A DNA stretch of 64,000 bases. It comes from Tubulanus polymorphus (lineage: Eukaryota > Animalia > Nemertea). The notes under the pieces are model-generated. The model was not told where the DNA came from and did no database searches. It saw only the letters and a list, made by a program, of their open reading frames with translations. The DNA is taken from the NCBI RefSeq assembly GCF_964204645.1, contig NC_134026.1, positions 31,220,150-31,284,149 of the forward strand, read 5' to 3'. The first letter of the stretch is position 1. Every line of letters begins with the position of its first letter. Made by a program: the position numbers and the translations under genes. Positions 12,001 to 23,700 of the stretch are shown in pieces.

Positions 12001-14881
12001 ATCAATTATTATAATAAAGTGTAATAATGATATGTATATTTCAGCGCTGGTACTGGTGATATTAAAGCCTGGATTTGGACTGATATAATCAGAGCTGATA
12101 ATTTCCACAAGGTAATCTCATTACCTAGTATTTCTAAATCTCAATCTAAGTGTCAGATTAAGGGGGTTTGTCTCGGGGGGGGGGTGGACCCCTGCTGTCC
12201 CGCTGAGGTTGCCCTTTTTGTCTAGGCAACTGATTAAAACCTATATATTTAGTACTCGCCCTCTTGGAAACTACATCTTTTAAGACAAATTTGGGGATCC
12301 CACCAGTGGCCGCTTTATCCGAGTAATGCCTTTTCTTCTGGACCCCCAAATTCCAATTTCCCTAGGTGTGTTCCTGAATTTATTTGAAATTCATCAATTA
12401 ATACATCGAGAATATTGTATGTATTTCAGACTCCGAATGTCGCGTGGTGTTTATCAGTTCCAGGAGAGTAAGTTCACTTTTCAATTAAAACTCAATTACC
12501 GGGGTAATTGTGACTGATTTTAGACTAAGTGAAAATACTTTTTATTATCATTCACATTTTCAGAAGTAGATTTGAACATCCGGAAGTGAATTCACTGGTT
12601 CTCGATAACAAGGTATTGTAAAATCAATCTCTCATTCGTGTTACTTTATCACCGTAGGTTCAATTTGTGATCATCCACATGGACCTGACTATTTTGAGAG
12701 GTCAATTACTACCAAACATATCAAAATACCGGTACTCTGAAAGTCTGGCTTGCGATGTGTTCTGAACTTCATCTGAGACATTTTTACTTGAAAATGAGTT
12801 ATTAGCAATAAGACATTTTACCTAAAAGTGATCATTCATACTTTCATAAGACACTGGTGAATGAATGTCTTGAGGAAACCTACATTAAACCCGCATGTAT
12901 ATTTTCCTATTCTGTAAAGTGTTTTTAACTATTTTCTAATTTATAGAATGGTACGAATAGTTTATTTGGAGCAGGAGGTGATGGTAATGTTTATATGTGG
13001 GATTTAGAATCTGGAAAACTTCAGGTAAAACAAAAACAATCCATGATTTCATAATTTCGCATTAAACTTGTACGTGTGAGGTTTTAATTTCAGAATACAT
13101 TTAGAGGCCACACGGATTATATTCATAGTTTAACATTACGTAAAAGTAGTAATGAATGTTTATCAGCTTCAGAAGACGGAACCGTTCGAGTTTGGGGTAA
13201 ATAATAACTTTCATCTCAGCATCCAGTTCCGCAGTTGTGAGCTGAGAGTTAACTCTGAACTCAGCATCCAGTTCCACAGTTGTGAATTAGAGTTAACTCT
13301 GAACTCGGGATCCAGTTCCACAGTTGTGAGTTAGAGTTAACTCTGAACTCAGGATCCAGTTCCACAGTTGTGAGTTAGAGTTAACTGTGAACTCAGCATC
13401 CAGTCCCACAGCTGTGAGTTAGAGTTAACAGTTCCACAATTCTCAATTGAGATTAGTTCATGTAGGGAAGTACTACTGGTATAATTCATTCGCTTTCCAT
13501 ATTCAAATATATACCCGGGTAACGATGGAGTCCAATTTGTACTCCACAACTGTCTAACTGGATCCACAACTATTGAACTGGATCCACAATTGTGTAATTA
13601 TTAATATTGATTGATGTGTATTATTGGAAATACATTTTGTTTACAGATGTTCGAATACCGCAGGAAGCTGCTCACGTTATTGAGCCGTATAAAACTGAAC
13701 GTTGTAACCGTCCACATTTAGGTAAATGGATCGGTTGTATCGCGATGGATTCAGCTGATGATTGGATGGTAAGACACTTTAATATTCTCCATTTCAACCT
13801 ACGCACTATGTTTCCAATTGCATACCAGTTAAACTTATTGAAGTCATCTGCAGATAGGTCATCACATTCCTGAAGTTGTCACAATATTCACCGAGTTATA
13901 TTTCCAATTTAATTTCACTAAATGTAAGTCTTCACATTTACTGAAGTCTTTAATTAATTATTGAGTCCCAATTTGTATTTATAATTCATGTATGTCGTGT
14001 CCCATAAGTCTTTATTTAGATAAGTCATCAACATAAGGCTAAACAAAAATGATACCTTGTTTCTCCGCAGCGGCCGGGTCATTTTAGTAAAATATGATAA
14101 AATTTATAAACAGTTCATTTCTATAGCGGCCGGGTCTGTTATGGTAAAATTGATCACGATTTTAAAAAAAGTAATGGATAGGGTAGATAGGCGGCCGGCC
14201 GGGTCAACATTTAAGCTCAGCAGAGCGGAGAAACAAGGTATCATTTTTTTTAGCCTAATCATCATTGCAACTATGATGGCTTAAGCAGCAAGTTTCACTT
14301 TAATTTGGGGGTGGAGCTAATCTGCGCAGAACTTCATGAGTGTCTCCTATGTGTTTAATGCTATAAATTGTGAACTGTGTTATGATGTATTTGATAGGTT
14401 TGCGGAGGAGGTCCTAATCTATCGTTATGGTACATGCGTTCTCTGGCTCCTACGACTGTCTTCACCGGTAGCAACGCCTGTCATCAATTTGTTAAATTTC
14501 ACGAAGACACAGTAAGTTTCATCGATCGACCACTAGATGGCGTTAGTTGAGTATTTGGTAATATTTCTCTTTCGCTTGTTATAGATTATTTCTGGTGGTA
14601 ATGAAAATCTGGTCACTCATTGGAATATCAGCGGAACATTAAAATCTCAAGTTCCCTGTTCCTCAAACAGTGTCTATAAAGTTTGCGTCAACGACAAATC
14701 CGATAGCTGCAAGGTATGTGTAAAATTCGTAAAGGAATTCTAAATATTTTCTTAGATTTGGAGCTTATTTCTGATGAAATGAATATATCTACATTTCTAG
14801 GTTCTCTCCGTCAGTGGAAACAGTGCAAACATCGATATCTTCACTAATTTCGGATATAAAGCATTTTCATTGTGCTTTTAA
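6232..14881 (+). CDS. THOC6: THO complex subunit 6 (WD40), 13 coding exons
   Basis: Exons 6232-6234 (ATG only; least certain), 6779-6891, 6980-7044, 11915-11966, 12045-12111, 12430-12467, 12564-12612, 12947-13024, 13094-13196, 13647-13768, 14398-14511, 14585-14713, 14801-14881, all in phase. Motifs [75 protein letters not shown] at ~14909. Confidence 0.96.
6486..6642. repeat. CT-rich polypyrimidine low-complexity tract
   Basis: Almost pure C/T run in THOC6 intron 1. Confidence 0.9.
7341..7870. repeat. Minisatellite built from two palindromes (AGTACCGGTACT and CTGTACAG) with variable (AACT)n/AG spacers
   Basis: Directly visible; unit length varies ~16-28 bp. Confidence 0.92.
7874..11182 (-). 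CDS. Secreted PAN/Apple-domain + Cys-rich linker + galactose-binding/F-type-lectin-like domain protein (269 aa), nested antisense in THOC6 intron 3
   Basis: Exons 11182-11152, 9945-9644, 9177-9117, 8775-8581, 8094-7874 total 810 nt, in frame, GT-AG. Signal peptide [17 protein letters not shown]; PAN pattern CVNSC...CQSVNY...CELS; then LYDGDNFSC ... [10 protein letters not shown], resembling the DG..TC / LCEVEV ends of discoidin/F-lectin-type folds. Confidence 0.85.
8137..8500. repeat. 20-bp minisatellite (GGAYCCAGTYCCACAGTTCT), MITE-TIR derived
   Basis: Tandem units in intron 4 of the nested gene; same motif as the TIR at 59087. Confidence 0.9.
8977..9066. repeat. Imperfect (CAG)n microsatellite, intronic
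   Basis: Directly visible. Confidence 0.95.
9426..9526. mobile_element. Small MITE, TIR GGGCCGGTTSCATAG, 3-bp CAG TSD (PIF/Harbinger-like)
   Basis: cag|gggccggttgcatag...ctatggaaccggccc|cag; the internal ttaagaccagtctaag motif recurs at ~9330-9410, 42740-42990 and 62090-63500. Confidence 0.7.
11186..11758. repeat. 39-bp tandem repeat (~14 copies) ending 3-4 bp upstream of the nested gene's ATG
   Basis: Unit GTGACAGTCCGAYCGCYGAGTTCTCACCYACSRCTA plus variants. Confidence 0.93.
13215..13440. repeat. ~43-bp tandem repeat of a MITE left end (atccagttccacagttgtgagttagagttaactctgaactcag)
   Basis: Matches the first ~40 bp of the element at 59087-59194. Confidence 0.85.
14037..14255. mobile_element. 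PIF/Harbinger-type (Tourist-like) MITE, ~220 bp, TAA TSD
   Basis: TIR GGCTAAACAAAAATGATACCTTGTTTCTCCGC ... GCGGAGAAACAAGGTATCATTTTTTTTAGCC flanked by taa/taa; near-identical copy at 44074-44295. Confidence 0.9.
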
Positions 14882-14998
14882 AAGTGAATTTTATTGTTGT
14901 AATTTTGTAATAAACGTGGCATTTAATGTGTAACTTAAACACGCACTTCTCTCCTGTCGATTTGATTGTACTAGACACTAATACTCCACTCATCTGGT

Positions 14999-16695
14999 AG
15001 GAGAGGGACAGAGACATCAGAGAGAGGGAGGAGAGAGAGACATCAGACTAGAGAGAGAGAGAGGGAGGAGAGGGAGAGATATCAGACTAGAGAGGGAGAG
15101 AGAGGGAGGACAGGGACAGAGACATCAGAGAGAGGGAGGAGAGAGAGACATCAGACTAGAGAGAGAGAGAGGGAGGAGAGGGAGAGATATCAGACTAGAG
15201 AGGGAGAGGGAGGAGGGGACAAGAGACAGAGAGAGGGAGACATCAGACTAGAGAGAGAGGGGAGGAGAGGGACAGAGACATCAGAGAGAGGGAGGAGAGA
15301 GAGGGAGGAGAGGGAGACATCAGACTAGAGAGAGAGGGGAGGAGAGGGACAGAGATATCAGACTAAAAAGGGGAGATATATCAGACTAGAGAGAGGGAGG
15401 AGAGGGAGACATCAGACTAGAGAGAGGGAGGAGAGGGAGACATCAGACTAGAGAGAGGGAGTGGGAGAGATATCAGACTAAAAAGGGGAGAGAGGGAGGA
15501 GAAGGAGACATCAGAGAGTGCGAGGAGAGGGAGACATCAGACTAGAGAGAGGGAGGAGAGGGAGACATCAGACTAGAGAGAGGGAGAGGGAGAGATATCA
15601 GACTAAAAAGAGGGGAGAGAGGGAGGAGAAGGAGACATCAGAGAGTGCGAGGAGAGGGAGACATCAGACTAGAGAGAGGGAGGAGAGGGAGACATCAGAC
15701 TAGAGAGAGGGAGAGGGAGAGATATCAGACTAAAAAGAGGGGAGAGAGGGAGGAGAAGGAGACATCAGAGAGTGCGAGGAGAGGGAGACATCAGACTAGA
15801 GAGAGGGAGGAGAGGGAGACATCAGACTAGAGAGAGGGAGGAGAGGGAGACATCAGACTAGAGAGAGGGAGAGGGAGAGATATCAGACTAAAAAGAGGGG
15901 AGAGAGGGAGGAGAAGGAGACATCAGAGAGTGCGAGGAGAGGGAGACATCAGACTAGAGAGAGGGAGGAGAGGGAGACATCAGACTAGAGAGAGGGAGAG
16001 GGAGAGATATCAGACTAAAAAGAGGGGAGAGAGGGAGAAGGAGACATCAGAGAGTGCGAGGAGAGGGAGACATCAGACTAGAGAGAGGGAGGAGAGGGAG
16101 ACATCAGACTAGAGAGAGGGAGGAGAGGGAGACATCAGACTAGAGAGAGGGAGAGGGAGAGATATCAGACTAAAAAGAGGGGAGAGAGGGAGGAGAAGGA
16201 GACATCAGAGAGTGCGAGGAGAGGGAGACATCAGACTAGAGAGAGGGAGGAGAGGGAGACATCAGACTAGAGAGAGGGAGAGGGAGAGATATCAGACTAA
16301 AAAGAGGGGAGAGAGGGAGGAGAAGGAGACATCAGAGAGTGCGAGGAGAGGGAGACATCAGACTAGAGAGAGGGAGGAGAGGGAGACATCAGACTAGAGA
16401 GGGAGGAGAGGGAGAGATATCAGACTAAAAAGAGGGGAGAGAGGGAGGAGAAGGAGACATCAGAGAGTGCGAGGAGAGGGAGACATCAGACTAGAGAGAG
16501 GGAGAGGGAGAGATATCAGACTAAAAAGAGGGGAGAGAGGGAGGAGACATCAGAGAGTGCGAGGAGAGGGAGACATCAGACTAGAGAGAGGGAGGAGAGG
16601 GAGACATCAGACTAGAGAGAGGGAGAGGGAGAGATATCAGACTAAAAAGAGGGGAGAGAGGGAGGAGACATCAGAGAGTGCGAGGAGAGGGAGAG
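14999..16695. repeat. GA-rich satellite with GACATCAGACTAG core and ~127-bp higher-order repeat
   Basis: Identical ORF-track peptides recur at 15518, 15645 and 16212; lies just downstream of the THOC6 polyA signal. Confidence 0.93.
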
Positions 16696-17638
16696 TGTAA
16701 TGTAAAGTATGAAAGGGTTAATCCAAGTATGAGTATTTAAGGGTCAAGGATCACACGACCTAAAGTCATGTGGTGCTTTTGTGCCACAACTGGATCTGTC
16801 TTCTTTTCCTGGACACCATCATCATCATCAAGGATGATCCCCACATTTACAAGAGGAAGAGGGAGTGGAGAGGAAGTGGGGAGAGGAAGAGGGTGGAGAG
16901 AGGAGAGGAAGTCATCCTCGCTTGCCAGGGGTCCAGTATCACTCCCGAACTCGCTTCCACCAGCCCCCTGGCCTCACGAAGCGTGATTTCATTACTCCCG
17001 CTGTTGCGCGTGACGTCATATATTGATTTGCGAAATACTTCCTTGTTCGGTAAAACGTTCGCTGATTGGTCCATTTAACGGGAAAACCAACAGAAGTCTA
17101 CTGTCGGTTTGTTACAAGCGCTGTGATTGGTACGACCGGATTCTGGTCGGCTAGTAACGACTCCAACGACTCGTGAGGTCAAGGGGTTTGGGGAACAGCT
17201 TTAGCGTAGTGGGTTCGAATCCCTTGACGGGTGAAGATGAGAGGAAGTGGAAAGGAGAGGGTGGAGAGGAAGTGGGGAGAGAGGAGAGGAAGTGGGGAGA
17301 GAGAGGAGAGGAAGTGGGGAGGAAGAGGGTGGAGAGGAAAGAGAGAGAACATGAATTTATAACATTAAAGTAACAAATTTATTCCATAAAATACATTTTT
17401 ACAAATTGAATAAAATATATATTTCCATCATTTCTAATAATGTTAAAGATACAGATCTTATACAGAAATCAATTAATATTAACTAATAACAAGAGGATGG
17501 ACAGCTCCAATAAAATGGAGGACGCAGTCCAGTTAAACAAGACGATGGACAGCTCCATTCAAACGTAAGATGCGGTCCAGTAGAATCGATTCATTGATTT
17601 AGAAATGAACTCAAAGGTCTTGAGCAGGTATTTATTCT

Positions 17639-17778
17639 ACTGTTGCCGATAGTGTTGTCTATGATTGTTGCCACGTCCGTTAGTTACTGTTGCCGATAGT
17701 GTTGTCTATGAATGTTGCCACATCCGTTAGTTACTGTTGCCGATAGTGTTGTCTATGATTGTTGCTACGTCCGTTAGT
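17639..17778. repeat. 47-bp triplication covering the last codons and stop of the kinesin
   Basis: Minus-strand unit ACTAACGGACGTRGCAACAWTCATAGACAACACTATCGGCAACAGTA x3. Confidence 0.9.
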
Positions 17779-20700
17779 TTCAGGTTGTTGTAAGACTTCA
17801 TTTCGCGGATGCGGGTAATCATCTGAGAAACAAAAAACAATCTCATTAGTTTTGACTTCATGGTTGAGATACAGGGTTTTTAATATATATAGTGTGTGAG
17901 TCACTATAATTCACAACAATTTAACAAGCTAATTAGATGAATACTTACTTTGTTTATTTTGAGACTGCCGCGGTCTGTTTTGTGGTATAGGGTCTGGTGC
18001 TGGGCCTAGAAAAAGTGATATAACTCAACGGTTTATACAATCGGAATCAACACCTCTTAATTCAAACACTAATCACAGATTGTAAGGAGAGTTGTGGTAA
18101 CTTGTTACACGTACCTGGTTTACGTCTGGGTGATGGTAAAGGGTCCGGATCATCGTATTGTCCATTATTACGATACTGTTGATGATACGCTGGTGGATAA
18201 ACCGATTGCTGTTGATCCGCAGGAATGTGTTGAGATGACGCGGGTAACGACGGGTAACTCTGATGAGGTCTAAACGCTGGATTCAATCCATCTCCCGGGC
18301 TCCCGTACCCCGGCCCGCCACCTCGAGGGGGTGATGGTGGCCGGGAGTTGTATATATTATCTTGCGAAGCTCGGACATCCATTCTCTGTTGAAATCTATC
18401 CGCGTATCCAGGACTACCGTACCTACATCAGATATATAACCACAAATAACTAATCATGTTCTAGTATAATCTGGAGCCAGTCCCTTCTTAAACATTGGTT
18501 GAAATTTATAACCCATAACAGCTCTACACTTCACTGTGGAACTGAGTCCAGAACAGTGGAACTGAGTCCAGAGCAGTGGAACTGAGTCCAGAACAGTGGA
18601 ACTGAGTCCAGAACAGTGGAACTGATCCAAGAGAACTGTGGAACTGAGTCCAGAACAGTGGAACTGAGTCCAGAGCAGTGGAACAGAGTCCAGAGCAGTG
18701 GATCTGAGTCCAGAGCAGTGGTACTGAGTCCAGAACAGTGGAACTGAGTCCAGAGCAGTGGAACTGAGTCCAGAACAGTGGAACTGATCCAAGAGAACTG
18801 TGGAACTGGGATTCATATTAATAATGCAGTAAGATAGATATACAGATAGTACTCACCCAGGTCGGGGAGGAGTATTTACATTATCCGGCGGTAATCTATG
18901 AGGAGGTTTCATATTAGCTTGTCGTCGACTACTGTAGCCACCAGGGGGCGTATTGCTATCGTATCCATTCAGGGGGTTTGATCGATGGTAGTCAGGTAAT
19001 GAAATGTTACCCTAAAAACACACAATAAACATTTTGAACATTTTTCCCTGCAGGGGGTTAGGGGAGGGGTTGAGGGGAGGGGGATGTGTTTCCAGTAACT
19101 CACGTTTGACGTTCGAGCGTTCCTCAAGTTTTGATCGACCGACCCGGACCCGCTGATCGACAACAATCGTTCTATATCCTCGAGTCGTCGTGACAACCTC
19201 TCGTTGTCGTGAGCTAATTGTTCCTGGTCTCTTCGCGATCGGTTTTTAAAGTTCACTAATTCTGTGTTTTCTTTTCTGAAAATAACATTTTTTAAAACAG
19301 GTCTTTAATTAAATGGTTCAAACAACAGTCAAATATTTCTAATTCGTATTACTGAGTAGAAGTCATTATTTGGATAAGTCACTGAGATGATGATGATCAT
19401 TCCACCTATGACGACTTATGCCTGAGTTTGACTGTACTAATAATTCATAAAACGTTAATCAAACAAACTTCAGCCGTGTCTACAGCAGTTCATTGTCAAT
19501 TCAATATACAGAGAAAATATCGACTAATTATCAAACTGTCTCTAATACAAATATCTCGACTCTAATTAATTTACGCCATCTGTTTATTTTCCCTCGCTGA
19601 GAACCACAGTGAAACCTCCCTTAGTGAGAATTAAACTCCATAACCAAACATGTAGTGAACTGTCCATAATGAACAACTCATAAACAATGCTTTCTCTAGG
19701 AACCAAATTTTTTTAGTTCATTTTAAACACTCTCAGCTCGGAGTTCAAATGATTACTCCAAGCTCTCAGTAGCCAGTCTCTCTCTCAGCTTGGAGTTCAA
19801 ATGATTACTCCACGCTCTCAGTAGCCAGTCTCTCTCTCAGCTTGGAGTTCAAATGATTACTCCACGCTCTCAGTAGCCAGTCTCTCTCTCAGCTTGGAGT
19901 TCAAATGATTACTCCACGCTCTCAGTAGCCAGTCTCTCTCTCAGCTTGGAGTTCAGATGATTACTCCACGCTCTAAGTAGTCAGTATGTCTGGTATTATT
20001 ACGATAGTGCTCATTATCAACTCATTCATTATTATTGTACCCCATTCTAATTCTATTAGTCTGTATCATACTGATTGACATGAGTGACCACCAGGTGGCG
20101 TGATGCTAAAAAGTTCATGTCTCCCCTCAGCGAGAACTCGAGGTGTTTTGTTGTAGAGGAGTTTTACCTGAGTGTCTCATTTTCGACCATATACTCCTGT
20201 AACATGTCGTATAGTGAACTCTGTTCCTGTTTAGTAGCCGATGATTGTGGAGGGGATTTAGACGGTGATTCTACGTTAGAAGCAGACGGCTCCGAGGCAG
20301 ACGGCTGCAGAATACCAGACGTCGAATTATTATCCGTTACTGGAAACTCGTTTGATTGACTTCCTTCAATATTCTTCTTTTCTGAAGATTTAAATTATAA
20401 AATGCAGTTTACAAATTAAAAACCTTGAATTCAGGATCCAGTTCTACAGTTCAGGGTCCAGTTCTACAGTTCAGGACTCAGTTCTACAGTTCAGGATACA
20501 GTTCTACAGTTCAAGACTCAGTTCCACAGTCAAGACTCAGTTCCACAGTTCTGGTTCCAGTTCCACAGTTCTTTGTTACATTTGACAAAGAGAGTAGATT
20601 TGGAATGTTTAAACCCTTGTCTGTCCTTTGAGTGAAACCTTTACTGACTGCCTTCACGACTGTGGAACCAGCTCCAAAAACTGTGGAATAAGCTCCAGTG

Positions 20701-23700
20701 GATTGGAAAATATTAATGACAAAACCATAAATTGCGTAGTGAACGTCACGAGCTCAGTATTAATGAAGAACTTACTCTTATTCTTAGAATTTGAAGTCGC
20801 TGGAACTGGTTTGATTAATTTATGAAATTGTTCATCGTTTTCCTTTTGAAGACGTCCTTTCGGTTTCTCAGGAAAATTCAACTAAAACAAATATAAAATC
20901 ATTGCAGGTCATCAGGATTTTACGTTAAACCTGAATAAAATCCTGAATTAATCAACTAATTCTATTTTCATTAGATCAATAAAATGCACAATACATATCA
21001 TTATTGAGATTTTGATTGGAACTGGATTTATGGATACCGGTATCTGTGGCTGTATTGAGGGTCAGGTGAGTGGTAGGATTCTGTTTGATTCTGGAATGTC
21101 AGGTCACCAGTTGAAACCACTGCATATTACTGTACTCTATCATCGGTGAGGCGAGGGACACTCATTGCCTCTCTCCACCCAGGAGCAATTGAGGGGTACC
21201 CGACCTGAGCCTTTAGTAGCAGGACTAGTGTTACACCCAGAGAGATATGACTGATTCACAGTAAGACTGTAAAATTCTTTAAGCAGCCTGGATCGATGGA
21301 CCTTTTAGCACTTCTAGCTTGATTTAACACTATGAAAACATCATCATAATTGTGAAAATTACCTGTTGTCGAAGATAATGATTTTCAGATCGTAATATTT
21401 TCAATTCTCTTTTCAACGTCAGAATCAGTTTTTCACGAGGATCCTGCATTTCATAACAAAATATAATAACAGTGAAAACATTCCTTCAATCAGTAACAGA
21501 CTTGAACAGAAATCATCATCGAATACTGACTGACCATTTTAATGACTGGTTTATTTTTGATTTTCTTAGCTCTGTTTGAATAACGTAAAGTGTTCATAGT
21601 TTCTCCTACGTTGTAAGTTGAAGGACTGACACATGATATCTGTACAAACAAAATAAACATAATTATTCATAATTCTTATCCGTAAACCATTGAAAAATAT
21701 CTCAAATATCAATCTGGATCCAGTTACACATTTGTGAGTAAAGAGTTGACTCAGAACTCTGGATCCAGTTCCACATTTGAGTTAAGAGTTGACTCAGAAC
21801 TCTGGATCCAGTTCCACATTTGAGTAAAGAGTTGACTCAGAACTCTGGATCCTGTTTCACGTGAGTTAGGAGTTGACTCAGAACTCTGGATCCTGTTTCA
21901 CGTGAGTTAGGAGTTGACTCAGAACTCTGGATCCTGTTTCACGTGAGTTAGGAGTTGACTCAGAACTCTGGATCCTGTTTCACGTGAGTTAAGAGTTGAC
22001 TCAGAACTCTGGATCCAGTTCCACATTTGAGTTAAGAGTTGACTCCGAACTCTGGATCCAGTTTCACGTGAGTTAGGAGTTGACTCTGAGTTAAAATCAG
22101 TTCATTTTCAATCAATTAGCTTTGAGTCAAATCTAAACTCGGCAACTGTGTAACTGAATCCTGTAGTCATATCTACCATTAATGTAACACCATTTCCTCC
22201 TAAACTATCGGCTAAAAGTTTAGTCAGTTTGCTGTCTCGATATGGAATGTGACCGTGCTTCTTTTTACTATCCGCTAATGCTGAAATGCAGTTCCCTGAA
22301 AATAGAAATATATGAGATTAGTTTATAGCTATATCTGTGTATTTACCACGGAGTGAGGGATATAGAAAACACTGATACCAACCTAGAACTAAGAGACTTT
22401 TATTGATGTTATTAGTTTCTGCGACTGCTTCGCCGTTTTGAGTGTCCTTTACTTTCTCACTTCCTAAAAACATGTTTGACATCAATTAGCAACAACAGCA
22501 ACGACAGATTGATTTATAACACGTAACAATCCAGTTTCCACACGACTACACTATCAATTAGAGTAATCTGACATCAAATTTGGTAGTTTCACATCCAAAA
22601 TGCATCAAATTTTGAGAATATATTTCTAGATATTTACGATATTTCTAGATATTTACGATATTTCTAGATATTTCCGATATTTCTAGATATTTATGATATT
22701 TCTAGATATTTATGATATTTCTAGATATTTACGATATTTCTAGATATTTATGATATTTCTAGATATTTACGATATTTATGATATTTCTATACTAACATGA
22801 GCTGCATAAAAAGAAGTAAACACTCTTTTAAGTGTGGCCGTAGTCAGGCTTGCAGTTCTTAGTCAGGTTAAGGTCAAATATCAACTCTAGGATCAAAACA
22901 TTGGAAATAAACTAAATCCAAGGTATTGTTGACACTGCAACTGGATTTGTGAACTCTGTAATTGGACGCAGAACAGCGGGTCTGGGTGTGCCAACTTTGG
23001 AATTGGACGCAGAACAGCGGGTCTGGGGCTCGTGAACTGTGGAATTGGACGCAGAACAGCGGGTCTGGGCTCGTGAACTGTGGAATTGGACACAGAACAG
23101 CGGGTCTGGGCTCGTGAACTGTGGAATTGGACACAGAACAGCGGGTCTGGGGCTCGTGAATATTTTACCTGCCAGATCTACAAACGTTAGTTTTCCATGC
23201 TTCGTTACGTAGAGATTTTCATCTTCAGGATCTTGTATTTCAGAATCTATCATTAATTGTAACATTGTGTGACTTCTACTGGAATAGTCATTAGCATCAG
23301 TAGCAGCAGAGACTCGGTTCCTCAACCCTAAAACAACAACAACAACATTATTCATATAATCATCTTGATCAGACAGTCATTCCTGGATATAAAGAGTTTT
23401 CAATGAGTTTTAAAATTCAAATTTCGAGAAGCGTCTGCATGACTTTCATATCCCAATTACAGTAGACTCCTCCTGAATCGGTACTGTTTATCTCAGTAAA
23501 CCAATCGGTACTGTTTATCTTGGTAAACCGTCTAAGGGGGTAAAAAATACATTTTCATTTTTCAATCCTCCTCACCCCAATTCTAAATATCATCTACAGA
23601 GAGGGAGGGAGGGAGGGGGAGTGGGGAGGCAGAGGGAGAGAGAGAGGTGGCATCCATGGAAGCGTATGTACACATACTTAATGAATGGCCACTATTGATC

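Noticed and set aside
15518-16700. R/E/G-rich ORFs
   Set aside because: GA satellite translations.
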